From NCBI GenBank assembly GCA_905331295.1, contig CAJNYD010000048.1, positions 186,001-250,000 of the forward strand: 64,000 nt of DNA, in the 5' to 3' direction. Shown here piece by piece: positions 28,097-40,100 of this stretch. A model generated the notes under the pieces. The model was not told the DNA's origin. It searched no databases and saw only the letters and a program-made list of their open reading frames with translations. How positions within the stretch are numbered: position 1 is the first letter of the stretch; each line of letters begins with the position of its first letter. Both the position numbers and the translations under genes were made by a program. This DNA comes from Rotaria socialis. Taxonomy: Eukaryota.

Positions 28097-29175
28097 ATCT
28101 ATCACTATATTGGAATCATCGTTATCTGTTGGTAATTGAATTGTTATAATGCGTTCTCAATGCAAATACTAAATGCGTGTTTATTAATTGATAAATCAAG
28201 TTTATTGCTAAATTCGAGAAATTCTTCAGAAATCTACAGATAGAACTCTTTATCGGAGTTTTAATGATTCAAACACAGTATAGCAGTATTGGTGACGATG
28301 AAATCTATTTCTTACAAGATATAATATCTTCGGTCGCAATTGACAGAATCGTTATATCACATTCTTAATTATTAAATTATAATACTTCCGGTCTAAGCAA
28401 GAGATTGTAGACAATGGAAGGATCAGCTGCAATTCAGAAAATAATCTGTTTTATCAATGATCAATGCTGATGATTATTAGTTCTTCTAGTATGGCTAAAA
28501 ATTGATTAGTGATCAATAGTGTGTGCCGGATAAATAAATGTCAATCTGCATGTGCAAGTTTCATATTCGGTAGGATCCAATAGTTGAGCCGTATGCCACA
28601 TCTAAGAGTATACTTAATTATGCCACGACATTTTCATATATCTCTTCATTTGAATTCAATCTGATAGATGAAGCTTAAAAAACAAATAGAACTTGATCTA
28701 AAAGCATCTTTGAAGCACTTTTGTCGATGAGTATTTTTTCATTAAATTTCATATCGATAACTAGCGCTTTCTATTGACATTTGTTTATTTCTCATAAATA
28801 TGTAATAAATAAATATGTTCGAATGTAGCTAGAGAAAAAATGAAAATATATTGCGACATCAAACGTTTTAATCAGAATTGAAGAAGGGCGTCTTGTGTAA
28901 ATCTTTTCACTATTCTCTTGTTGAGTTCATCTAATAAACTTGAATGAAAAATAATTCAATTAGTTTCGAACAAATAATAATAATAAATTTCAGTGTCAGA
29001 ATGTTCTATAAATCGGAGCAAAGAATGCTCATAGACACTTGAAACAATCAGTGATGTCAAATTGAGTTTAATGTAAAAATTGTGTTCGTGGTATTTAAAA
29101 TTAACTAGATCAAAATCCTATTTGTTTTCTCTAATTGATGTAATTTCGTTCATTTATTTGAGAAATTGATTCAAC

Positions 29176-29392
29176 CAAGAGGGAAACAGCGATTTCTGAT
29201 TTTGGGCGATTTTATCTGATTTGGAATGAGTTTTAAAAAAATTAACTTTCCCGACATGGGTGCAGATCATTTACAATCACAGAAAATAACAAATAGTGAC
29301 TTACAATCATTGGAAAACACGCTCAAAGTCGATTGATTTACGATGAATCTTAACTGATTTAGAGATGATTTTAATCAGCTGTTTCCCCGTTG
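29176..29392. mobile_element. MITE with 15-bp TIRs and 8-bp TSD (hAT- or P-type)
   Basis: GATTCAAC|CAAGAGGGAAACAGC ... GCTGTTTCCCCGTTG|GATTCAAC; exact 8-bp direct repeat at 29168-29175 and 29393-29400. Confidence 0.85.
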
Positions 29393-29972
29393 GATTCAAC
29401 TGTTCCGTTCTTTAATATGTTTGAATCTTATGAGTGATATCGTTCAGTATTTGTTAATACTTGATACTTTGTAGTAACATTGACTGATTGAATCAATCAA
29501 TATCTGTATTCTTCCGTAACAGACGGCAATATTGCCATAACACTTCGCATCTTTTATTTGTGAATAACATATGAAGAAAATTATTACGAAAAACGATCAT
29601 TCGAAATTTCATTTTTCTTGAAATATTCTCTTGCATTTAAAAATTAAATTTATGTAAGAAAAAGTGTACACATAGGCAATATTTACCGTTAATTTTATAT
29701 ATTTCTCTAGCAAGCTTTTTAATGGAAGAAAATAATAATCAACTACACAAATTATGTGCTTGTTATGACTTTTATTTAATAACAAATCCTATAGAATGTA
29801 CTGCATGAAAAAGAAGACAAGAACAACATGACCACACAAAAAAAAGGAAAAATAAAACGAATAACCAATTTTCTGATGAAAGATCGTTCGTCCATGATTA
29901 TAAAAATGGAAGGTCGATAACCAAGATCTGAACTTTGCATCAATATCATACTTTTTTTTACGAGCACAACCT

Positions 29973-30910
29973 CTATATATTTTCTTCAAATATTGGTGGT
30001 AGATAATTATTTAAAAATTTAAATAAATCCATCAATTGATCATCATTCATTGTTATCTGTACAAGACCAAAACATGAATGTCGAGCATGTTTCATTAGAT
30101 GGTAAACACGATTAGTGTCTTTGTTGATCATTGATAATATCCGATTGTATAATTCTTCGACGTTGTTCGACCCTATTCAAAACAAACAAACCATTATTAT
30201 TTAGAAAAAGAAAATCAAACAATACATTACCAGTATGAGAACAATGATATTTCCTTATAAAACTTGTGCAAAGGATAAAACGTTCCGTTGATGCTGCTAC
30301 CATAGCTGTATTTTTTTGTTTATTTATTATAGCTATATTCTTCTTAACCGTTTCTGAATCTTGGGATAATGGGGCTGAAGGAATACGATCTTTTGCTTCT
30401 GATGAAGCAGATGACTTCATGCTCTCACGACCACCAGACTTCGTTGACTGCGAACGCGGTCCAACATTAGACGAACCTTCTGAATTTGGTGACAGTGACA
30501 GTGACTCATCTAAGAAGGAGAAATAGCGGATAAACATCGATTGTCTGTCAAATTTAGCGCTTACTTTTTTCTTCGAGAATTGGTTCATCATATTCATACT
30601 TCACATTCTCTGGTATTTGATGTTAACATCTTCATGGGTCGTATTTCATTTACTTATTTCATTTACAATTTCTAAAATAAATATAATTTTTATTAATATT
30701 CATTGAAAAAACGAATTACCATGTTGATAAATGTGCTTTCCAATAGGTTGTTGGCAGATATTACATGTTGTACCATTATGAAGAATATCATGTTCAATTA
30801 AATTTAGAACCGTAAGGTTACATTTCATATCCTGAAAACAAACAAAACAAACAGGTATTGTCAATGCATCAAGATTCGAGATCAACATTTTCACTTACTG
30901 TTGTTGACAT
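29973..30910 (-). CDS. Unknown protein, paralog A of inverted pair (N-terminal C..CxxC..H motif, Ser-rich middle, helical C-terminus)
   Basis: Exons MSTT|DMKCNLTVLNLIEHDILHNGTTCNICQQPIGKHIYQH|...|...LCTSFIRKYHCSHT|GSNNVEELYNRILSMINKD...PPIFEENI*. Exon structure matches 32919-33851. Confidence 0.7.
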
Positions 30911-30915
30911 TATTA

Positions 30916-31312
30916 CCCAAGTGAATGAATCCTATGACGGATCCTATCGGATCTGATGGGATCCTATCACCCAACAGAATCCGATGGGATCCTATCACCC
31001 AACAGAATCCGATGGGATTCCGGGTTACGGATTGACTGTCGGTTCCGACGGAAAAAAACATTTTCCTAATTAGGGGTGAATATGCATATTTTCTCATAAT
31101 AACACTAGGGCCATACGTTCATGTCGGATTCCGTTAAATTCCAACACTGGATCCTATGGAATTCCTACACCAAGGATCTGACTGTAGGTCTTGATCCCGG
31201 AATCCTATAGGATTTCGTTGGTTTTATTGGAATCCATGGATATTTGGTATATTCACGGTCTGACCCTTGTCGGAATCCGATAGGCTCCTAGTCTCGGAAT
31301 GACTCTCCTGGA
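30916..31312. mobile_element. MITE (GGATCC/GGAATCC-rich) just upstream of paralog A start codon
   Basis: TA|CCCAAGTGAAT ... ACTCTCCTGGA|TA (degenerate TIRs); internal 28-bp tandem duplication. The paralog at ~32910 shows the empty site AAAAC-TA-ATAATGTCAAC. Confidence 0.85.
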
Positions 31313-32918
31313 TAGTTTTTGTGTGATTTGTACCGAAGTGCAGAAAAGTCGTATCAAAATTTTAATCTGAAAATAGAAATAAATATATGAATCTGAATTA
31401 AATCAACATCAAATGTTGTAAAACAATAGCAAATAATATATACATAAACAAACTGAACCAATTTATTTAAGAAGGCAATCCAAACGAACCGTTTGTTTCC
31501 ACAACTAAAACGAAGTAAATATACAAATATAAAAAGCAACTTATCGCGCCATCTAGCCTTTTTATCACACGAAAAATACTTCTTTCTCTACCTCTCGTTC
31601 ATACAACATAACTCATAGCTCATCATTTGAATAAGATTTTATGAGTTTCAATTTCCCAGTATCGAAATGTGTGAAGCTCAAATGTGTTCATAAATGTATA
31701 TTTTTATTTGCTATTTTCAAAACAATCATAATACAAACTAATGAATAATAATGGATTCTTTTTTCGAGCAATAAACATAAGATTAGACTATGATAATTGA
31801 TGATATGATCGTATGATACTACACGAAAATTCAATATGAACTCTTCAACACATTAGTCATTTTCATAAGTAATCGTTCTTTTTCGAGTACAAAATAAAAG
31901 AAAAAGACCTCGGTCTCGATGAAAAATATTAAATAGAAAATGAATATATAATATCATAGTTTATATGGATAATACTTAAGAAAATTCAAAATGATAAAGA
32001 AACATATTAATAATGTCATGTTGTTTTATATTTCATTAAAAAGAAATACATAGGTATATATATAAGAAAATGTTTATATAAATATGAATGTTTCAACAAT
32101 ATGTATTTTACTTTGTTTTTCTTCATGATTTATCATTTCTTTTTCTCATTAACTATAAAACTTCAAGAATTTTATAGATCATTCGAAAACCTATATTGAA
32201 TGAATACATCATTATTTGAAATGATCATATTATAATCAATACATAGACTAGAAACAATGTACCCAAACATGAATATTTATTTGAGTCTCTATTACTGGTA
32301 TTTGAACTAGAAATGTAAAGGAATTTAATTCTAATATTTACTTATGCTTATATGTCGAAAAGCATAATATCTGTTTCTCTTATTTTCTATTTAGCAAAAA
32401 CAAATAGAATTATTTTCATTATTTTTTGCTATTAATAAAGTATTCTGTAAAACAAAAGTTTTATTATATTTTTTTTTCGTGTTGTTGTTGTTGTAGGAAC
32501 GAATTATGCTTTTTTTCTTCTTTTAACAATGTTAGATGAAACCAAGAGAATTGAGAAGTACTTCATACAAGTCGCACTTCTTCGTGTGATTAAAACGTTA
32601 GATGCCGCAACATATTTGCATTTTTTTAAATCGCTATATTTTCTCATAATTCTTACAATGGAATGTATAATATATATATATATATATATATAGTTAAACG
32701 AGCAATGATTGGTTCGCTTGAATAATGATGTTATTTCATTCTCATTGTTTCTTTCTTCTTATTGTTTTAAAAAATCTAATATAAATGAAATCGAATTCTT
32801 AGATTGATCCTAAGTCTACAATTGTTTGTGTCATCCATATATATATATATTTCTGCTATTATATTCAAATCTAATACAACTCGTGTTCAATTCGGTCCAA
32901 TTAACATTAAAACTAATA

Positions 32919-33851
32919 ATGTCAACAATAGTAAATAAAAATGTTCATTTCGAATCTTAATATATTGACAATACCTGTTTGTTTGTTTTCAGGATATGAA
33001 ATGTAATCTTGCCATTGAAAGTTTACTTGAATATGATTTTCTTCGTGATGGTGCAAAATGTTCAAGTTGTCAACAGCCTCTTGGAATACATCGTTATAAA
33101 AATGGTAATTTATTTTTTCGATGAATATTAATAAAAATTATATTTATTTCAGAAATTCTAAAAGAAATTAGTAAATCAAGCATGAATCATAAAGATGCTA
33201 ATATGAAAATTAAAGGCAATATAAATTATGATTATGATCAATCTGTTATGGAGGAAACAAGTATGTCTTAAAATTTCATGTATTATACGATGTTTATATT
33301 GTACTATTTCCTATTTTCTCATGTTTTAGATAGATCACTTTTATCATATGAAATCGTATATCAACAGAATAAAAATCCACCATCTCTCTCATCTCATTCG
33401 AGTGATTCAGAAAGTATAAAGTCATCTGCTTCAGTCGAAGAACATTCTCGTCTTCATTCGGATGCAAAATGTACAGATTCACAAATGGCTAAGAAGAACA
33501 AAGTTATTGAAAGAAAATTAGAAGATCAACTAACAAAAGCAGTGTCCGAACAAGCTTTTCTTTGCAAAGAATTCCTAAAGAAACATTATTGTTCTCATAT
33601 TGGTAATGTATTGTTTGATTTTCGTTTTTTAAATAATAATGGTTTGTTTGTTTTGAATAGGGTCGAACAACGTCGAAGAATTATACAATCGGATATTATC
33701 AATGATCAACAAAGACACTAATCGTGTTTACCATCTAATGAAGCATGCTCGACATTCATGTTTTGGTCTTGTACAGATAACAATGAATGATGATCAATTG
33801 ATGGATTTATTCAAATTTTTAGATACTTTTGTACCATCAATATATGAATAA
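32919..33851 (+). CDS. Unknown protein, paralog B of inverted pair
   Basis: Exons MSTI|DMKCNLAIESLLEYDFLRDGAKCSSCQQPLGIHRYKN|...|...LCKEFLKKHYCSHI|GSNNVEELYNRILSMINKD...FVPSIYE*; GT-AG introns. Confidence 0.7.
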
Positions 33852-33980
33852 AATATAGAGAAGTTGTGTTCATTTAAATAAATACGATATTTATATAGAA
33901 TTCAGATCTTGATGTCTGAATTTGTAATTGTATATTGATTAAATCATAATTTTTCGTTAGAAATGTTAATATTTCTTTGA

Positions 33981-33981
33981 N

Positions 33982-34078
<97 letters not shown>
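33981..34078. repeat. N followed by ~97-nt poly-C (probable assembly junction artefact)
   Basis: Homopolymer begins exactly at an N. Confidence 0.7.
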
Positions 34079-34277
34079 TAGCCTCCCCTGGCCCCTCACT
34101 GGTGCCGCCACTACTTGTTGATTATTATTAGAATCGTTTTGAGATTTTTTATTAGAAAATTGATAGCAAATCGATTTTTCCTTGAAAATTTCTCTTCAAC
34201 ATAGTTTATGATTATAACTGTAGTTTTTAAAGAGTTTATATTTTTACAACGTTAGCAAACACTTAGATGGTATCAAG

Positions 34278-34385
34278 CAGAGCTCCGCGGGACGCGGGAT
34301 GAATCCCGTCCCGCCCTGGGACGGGAAGGTAAAGCTGAAAATTGAGCGGGATGGGACATAATTTTGGTCGTCCCGCGGAGCTCTG
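34278..34385. mobile_element. 108-bp MITE with 17-bp perfect TIRs, inside the USP pseudogene
   Basis: CAGAGCTCCGCGGGACG ... CGTCCCGCGGAGCTCTG with internal GGGAC/GTCCC repeats; no clear TSD seen. Confidence 0.85.
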
Positions 34386-36870
34386 TGCGAGACCATTGAA
34401 ATAAACCAAACACTTTCATAATTTTGTTTGCTAGCTTCATTCATACACATTGTACATTTAATAGATGATTCTAAATTAACTCCAAATATTATATGAATTG
34501 AACTTAATGCATGTGTAACATATGATGATGAATTATTAGATGAAAGACGTTTATTAACATGAGTAAAAAGACAAATTAGAAATTCAGACGGATTTTCTTG
34601 ACGTCCTGGGGTGAAACTTGAGGATATTTTTTGAATATTTCTCGCCATAGAGACAGCTGATGCTTGTGATGATGAAGAAAATAGATCACAATTATTTTCA
34701 ATGTTCTTGTTGTGAATGTCTTTTCTAATAGAACGAAGAACATAAAAAGAACAGAATTCACCATCAGCTGTCAATGTAACTATAAAATAAAAATAATTTT
34801 AATCTCATATTCATACATATTTAATAAAAATATTTCTATTGAGAGAAAATTCAAGAATTCATATGAATTAAGTTCATTGAATTTTTTCTCCTATTGAATT
34901 TCTTTTGTCAACATGATCACTGATGTCTCTAAATGATTTGCTTTTTGTTATTCTCTGAGCATTTTCAATATTTTGATCTTGTTGCTCAATACTTATCTAA
35001 GAGATTTCTTAAACAATCAGCACACTCTAATAAGTAATCTAATTGGTATACTTTAGTATAGTATCGATAAGATGCATGTTTGATCTGGTTCAATTGCTTT
35101 GCAGTTGTCGAAATTTTTTTTTATTTCTTTTCAATCGTTTGATGAAAAATTTTTATATAAACTTTTCATCGAACAATCTTTCCCATTAAATCTAAGCTGG
35201 CATAATGTCTCTTGTTGTTTGAGTTGTTTCTACGAAAATGCACACATATTTATGTATCCTTTCCAATTTGATCAAAATTTCTTACATATTGATTATCACT
35301 GAATACATATTATCTTTGATTAATATTGAATTTCATGCTATTAGGAAAAAGGTAAAAATACTCGTGTCTATCTTTAAATTGATGAGAACCCTGAAGGATA
35401 TGAAGAACAGTAGATAACGCAGAATTCCTTTTATTAACTTCGATAGCTAATAATACACTGTATATGTCACTCTGAACATTCGTGAAAGAATAAGAGAAAA
35501 AGAGTATCAAACTATGTATGTTTATGAAAACAACACAAATAATGAGACATACATCGAAGAATACTTTCGGTTATTAAATGAGATATTTTTACAATTGAAA
35601 AGAATCGTATTGAGAAACATGGTGATAATTGCAAAGCAATTGAACTACATCAAACATACATATTTGATTGATAGTATGTTAAACAATACCAACTATATAA
35701 TTTTATTCGAAGTTATTGATTCGTAATATATATATAAAGATGTTTTTCTTTCACAATCGAAAAACAAAGTTTCGTTCGATAGTTAAAAGAACTAGAATGA
35801 TTTTTTACATATATAACAATCGTCAATGTTTTTTCAAATATTAGAAAAAAACTTTCTCATTTTTGTCTTCAATATTCTCATATATGCATATATATGAACT
35901 AAAATTGATGCCATTTTCATGGTTATTAGTTTACTATTCAATCATAAGCTTACATATACTATGCATGTTATTACTCAATAGCCACTGAACAAATGGAGCA
36001 ATGTACGCGAAGCATTGTATTATTGAGTTCATATAACAGATATTCAGACATTTGTTTTGTGAATTAGTATTGATTAAACCAACTCCATTCTTATGTGTTA
36101 CAAGCCAATCTAGTTCTAATTGAGATACTGCTAATGCAGTCGTTTCATAAGAACGTGTTTTTTGGCGCTTTGATGGTAGCATTGGAAGTATATTTAAATC
36201 AGCATCGAAACAGTCTGTGACATGTTTATGAGGATGAAATTAATGAAACAGAAAAAAACGCATTTTCCCTAATACACTATTAACACAACGATTATCAAAT
36301 GCTTCATTTTCGGTTGATGATAATGTTGATTGAGTCAAAATACCGCTTGATAGACTAGCTTAAAAGCAAAAAGTAACAAGAAACATTAACTTAAATTCAG
36401 ATTTTACTGAAACGAGCGACATGATTACCAAATTATTATCGTTATTATCTTTTATTTTTCCATTTTCATTTAGTTTACTAATATTATGAAAAAAGTCAGT
36501 TATCAGTTGTTTATCATATTTATTGTTTTCTAATTTATGTATCAATATAAATAGAACATTGTGTGCAACACTGGCCAATGTAGGATGAATACCATCTTCG
36601 ATTTCTTTCATACATCTTTTTACTTCGTTTTCGAATTTTAAGACAGATTTTGTTTCAAATCTTTTTTTAAATTCTTTATGATCACCATATAAATCTTTTT
36701 GAATTTGTTCAACACTTATACGATGTCAATGTGCAACTATATCAATCATCAATGATTCGTCAAACTCCTCATGTGCATCTAAAACAGCTGCAGCTCTGTT
36801 TTGAATACGTTGATGATGTATATACTGAGATAACACAAGTGAATCGAATGACTCATGTAGTTCCACTTGT
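34386..36870 (-). pseudogene. Decayed ubiquitin-specific protease (peptidase C19/USP) gene
   Basis: Cys box GVGLINTN...NICYMNSIIQCFAYIAPFVQWLL (35934-36182), then FTPGRQENPSEFLICLF and IHIIFGVNLESSIKCTMC (34386-34774). Homology ends at the MITE, no His box found, and upstream exons contain stops. Ends approximate. Confidence 0.7.
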
Positions 36871-37167
36871 TATTTCATGGACAACAGAATAGGAAAAAAT
36901 AGTCGAGCATGGATAATGTATGGACTCATTTTCTATTGGTTTACTCATCTCATATGAAGTCAGCCACATTTCTTTGGCTACCATGTTTTGATTCACTTTC
37001 TACAAACTCGATTTTGTCCATTCAGAAACGAGAAAGCGAGCTAATTGTTTATTTTTTTCTTTCGTAAGGCGAGAAACTATAAAACTCCAACTTGTCTTCA
37101 ATATTTCAAAATTTCCTAACAATACTATTTTCTTCTAACATAAATCATATTTCAGAAAAAATTAACC

Positions 37168-40100
37168 ATGGCTAGTAATCGCTTTTTCCTCCGTGAGGGC
37201 TCCTCATCAAGCGAAGAAACCAGTGATGATGAACAACAAGTACAAGTTCAAGCAGCAAAAAAGGGTGCCGGCAAAGGTGTAGCAAAACAGTACGTATCTC
37301 TTCGACTGAAGTTTTTTTTTCCGTTAAATAATTCATCGACTTGTCATTTTAGTACTCCTAAGCCATACCTTGAAGTAAGTGAAGATGAAGAAGACGTTAA
37401 ACGTGTTGTACGAAGTGAAAAAGAAAAACGGTATATCTCTGAATGTACATATCGATAAAGAATAACATCTAATTCTCTTCTAGATACGAAGAAATTGAAG
37501 AAATTATCAAGAAAATAAAACACGCAATGCGTATTCGCGATATTGGCTTGGTCTATGAATGTCAGCGATTGATTTTATTCAATGTATAATATTTTTCTTT
37601 TATATATTGTGTATAGGTTATGAAAATTTAATAAAAGCATTCGACAAAGCCAGACGAGTTTTGGAAAAAGATCAAGGTAATGCAAACATTATTTTTGTAT
37701 TTAACTAAATACAAAAATTGTTTTTCTTCTGTAGGTATTCCAAGACCATTTATAAAAATATTGGCACAAATGGATGATTTCGTTAATACAGTAAAATGAA
37801 TAAATTGAATTTCTTTTCGTAATATTAGTTTTGTTCGTAGTGTTGGAGTGATCGAGAATGGCGTGAAACGCTTACTAAAAATAATTCAAATAATTTAAGC
37901 GCATTACGGCAAAAAATTCGTCGATATTTAAAACAAGGAACATTGGAGAAAGAAATCAATGCCTATCGTGAAGTTCGTTATCATGAATAGAATTTCACTT
38001 TTTATCAAAATAATAATAATTTTCATTCTAGAGACCTGATGTTGCTGATGAAGAAGTACCTGAACGTGAAGCTTCACCAGCCCATGAAGGTTCTGAGCGT
38101 GACGAAGATGAAGAAGACGCGGCAGTAGTTGCACCAGCAAAAGCAAAACCGCAAGAGGTGAAAAACTAAAATTTTTATTCAAAAATATCTATGCCGTAAA
38201 ATATATATATATATATATTATTCCAGGATGATGACAGTGCATCAAGTGATGAATCATGGGACCAAACTGACGGTGAATCTTCGGATAGTTCAATTGATAT
38301 CGATGCACCAAATGAAGAACTTTACAAAAAATTTTTGAAGTAATAAATTATCTTATTGAATGAGGAGAAAAAAAGTTTTGTCTTTGATTTTAGATCGGAT
38401 AAACCTGAAAAAGAAAAAAGTACTAAGAGCAAAGATGCAGCTAGTACTAAGCGTGTAGCAAAACAACGTCGAGCTGAAGCTCTGACTGAACAACTCGATG
38501 ATGACGATGACGACAGAGATGGTGGACCTCGACAAGATGTAAATATTCGTCTATTATTTTTATTGCAAGAGAAAAAGTTACCATATGTTTTCGTTTGAAA
38601 CATTTCTAGGTTCAAAAACTTGTTTCGTTTGCCAAAGATGAAGAAATAACACACGAAGCTATTTTGAAAAAACTTAATGAAGTAATTGCTATGCGTGGTA
38701 AACGTGGTACAAATCGTCGTGATCAATTGGAATGTTTAAAACTTCTTCGATCATATGCTGAAAAACAAAATTTAGGTGTCGGTATTGATATCAAAATTCT
38801 ATTAATACAAATTGCTGTTAGTTTTGATTATCATCACAAGGGTAATGAATGTTTAAAACCAGAAACATGGACACGGTATAAAATATTCCATAACTAAATT
38901 TTTTTACCTGTTCATTTCTATTTTTTAGCGCACTCGAATATATCGAAGAATTATTAACTTTATTGACTAAACATGAACAAGTTCAAATCAGTGAAAATAT
39001 TAGTGAGGAAGCAGAAAATCTGAAAGTAAGTTCAAAATCAGGAGTTACCGAAATGATAACTCTGGAAAAACTTTTCGATGAAAAAATATGTGATCGATTG
39101 TGTGGGAGTATCGCGATACTAGGCTAGAAAAATATTTTGATAGGGGGGAGGTGTACTGCCATAGTTACAAATAGAATTAATAATGCATTTTATACCACAT
39201 GAAAGCCCGTAAAAATGGGGTTTATTTTAGTACTAAATAGTTAAGGTTATCGAAACTTTCGTATACTGAAACTGTCGAAGTTTGAAGAATTTTGCCTAAT
39301 GCAATCATTATAATTCATTTTTAGAGGATTGTAAGCCGAAGAAAAAAGCAGATAGTTTTTGGAAAAATTGAAACGAGCACTGTTCTGGTGACTAGAGGTT
39401 TTCATTAGACAATGAAAAATAAAGAATTTTGTATCACATTTAGTTCGAACTTTTTCTCATCAATAACTTTTCGCACACTTATGATCAGTGGAATTTCCTA
39501 AGTTTCGATAGTCCTTATTGTTTAGTACCAATAAACCCCATTTTTTACGGGTTTTCATTTGGTAAAAAATTCATGATTAACTCTATTTGGAAATATGGCA
39601 GTACCGTCTCTCACCCCATCAAAATATTTTTTCCAACCTAGCATAACTACTAGAGACGTGTTAATTCAGAACTAAATTATAAATGTTAATTCTCTCTTCA
39701 AGAGATTCAATTTTATCATATTTCGTTTCGATGGCAATGCGTGTAGTACATAAACTTTCTTTTTTTTTGTTTCCTATAGAAAGAACCAGACTATCGTATT
39801 CATGGCGATGCAATAACAATAATTCTTAAAATGGATGAAGAATTTACAAAAATCTTACAAAATGCTGATGCTCATAGTCAAGATTATGTTGAACGCTTGA
39901 AAGATGAATTACGTGTATGTTCCATTATTGACCGTTTAAAATTATACTTAGAATCAAAAGCAAACAATCAAGTAATGATAAGCAGTGATTCTGAAGCTGG
40001 TACAGTTCCACTTGTTCAAGCGCAACATTTATGTACAGCATATATGTGTGTTATTGAACATCTCTATTATAAATATGATAAAACAGCAGGAAAACCGTCG

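Noticed and set aside
30891..31097. 68-aa ORF NPIGFCWVIGSHRILLGDRIP...
   Set aside because: It lies inside a MITE and is a chance frame in repeat-rich sequence.
33603..33721. Identical peptide RVEQRRRIIQSDIINDQQRH in two ORF-track proteins
   Set aside because: Intron read-through in the wrong frame; the spliced frame gives GSNNVEELYNRILSM...
33981..34078. 97-nt poly-C/poly-G tract as a G-quadruplex or regulatory element
   Set aside because: It starts exactly at an N and adjoins a G/C-rich, transposon-like end (to ~34113). Most likely a sequencing or scaffolding artefact.
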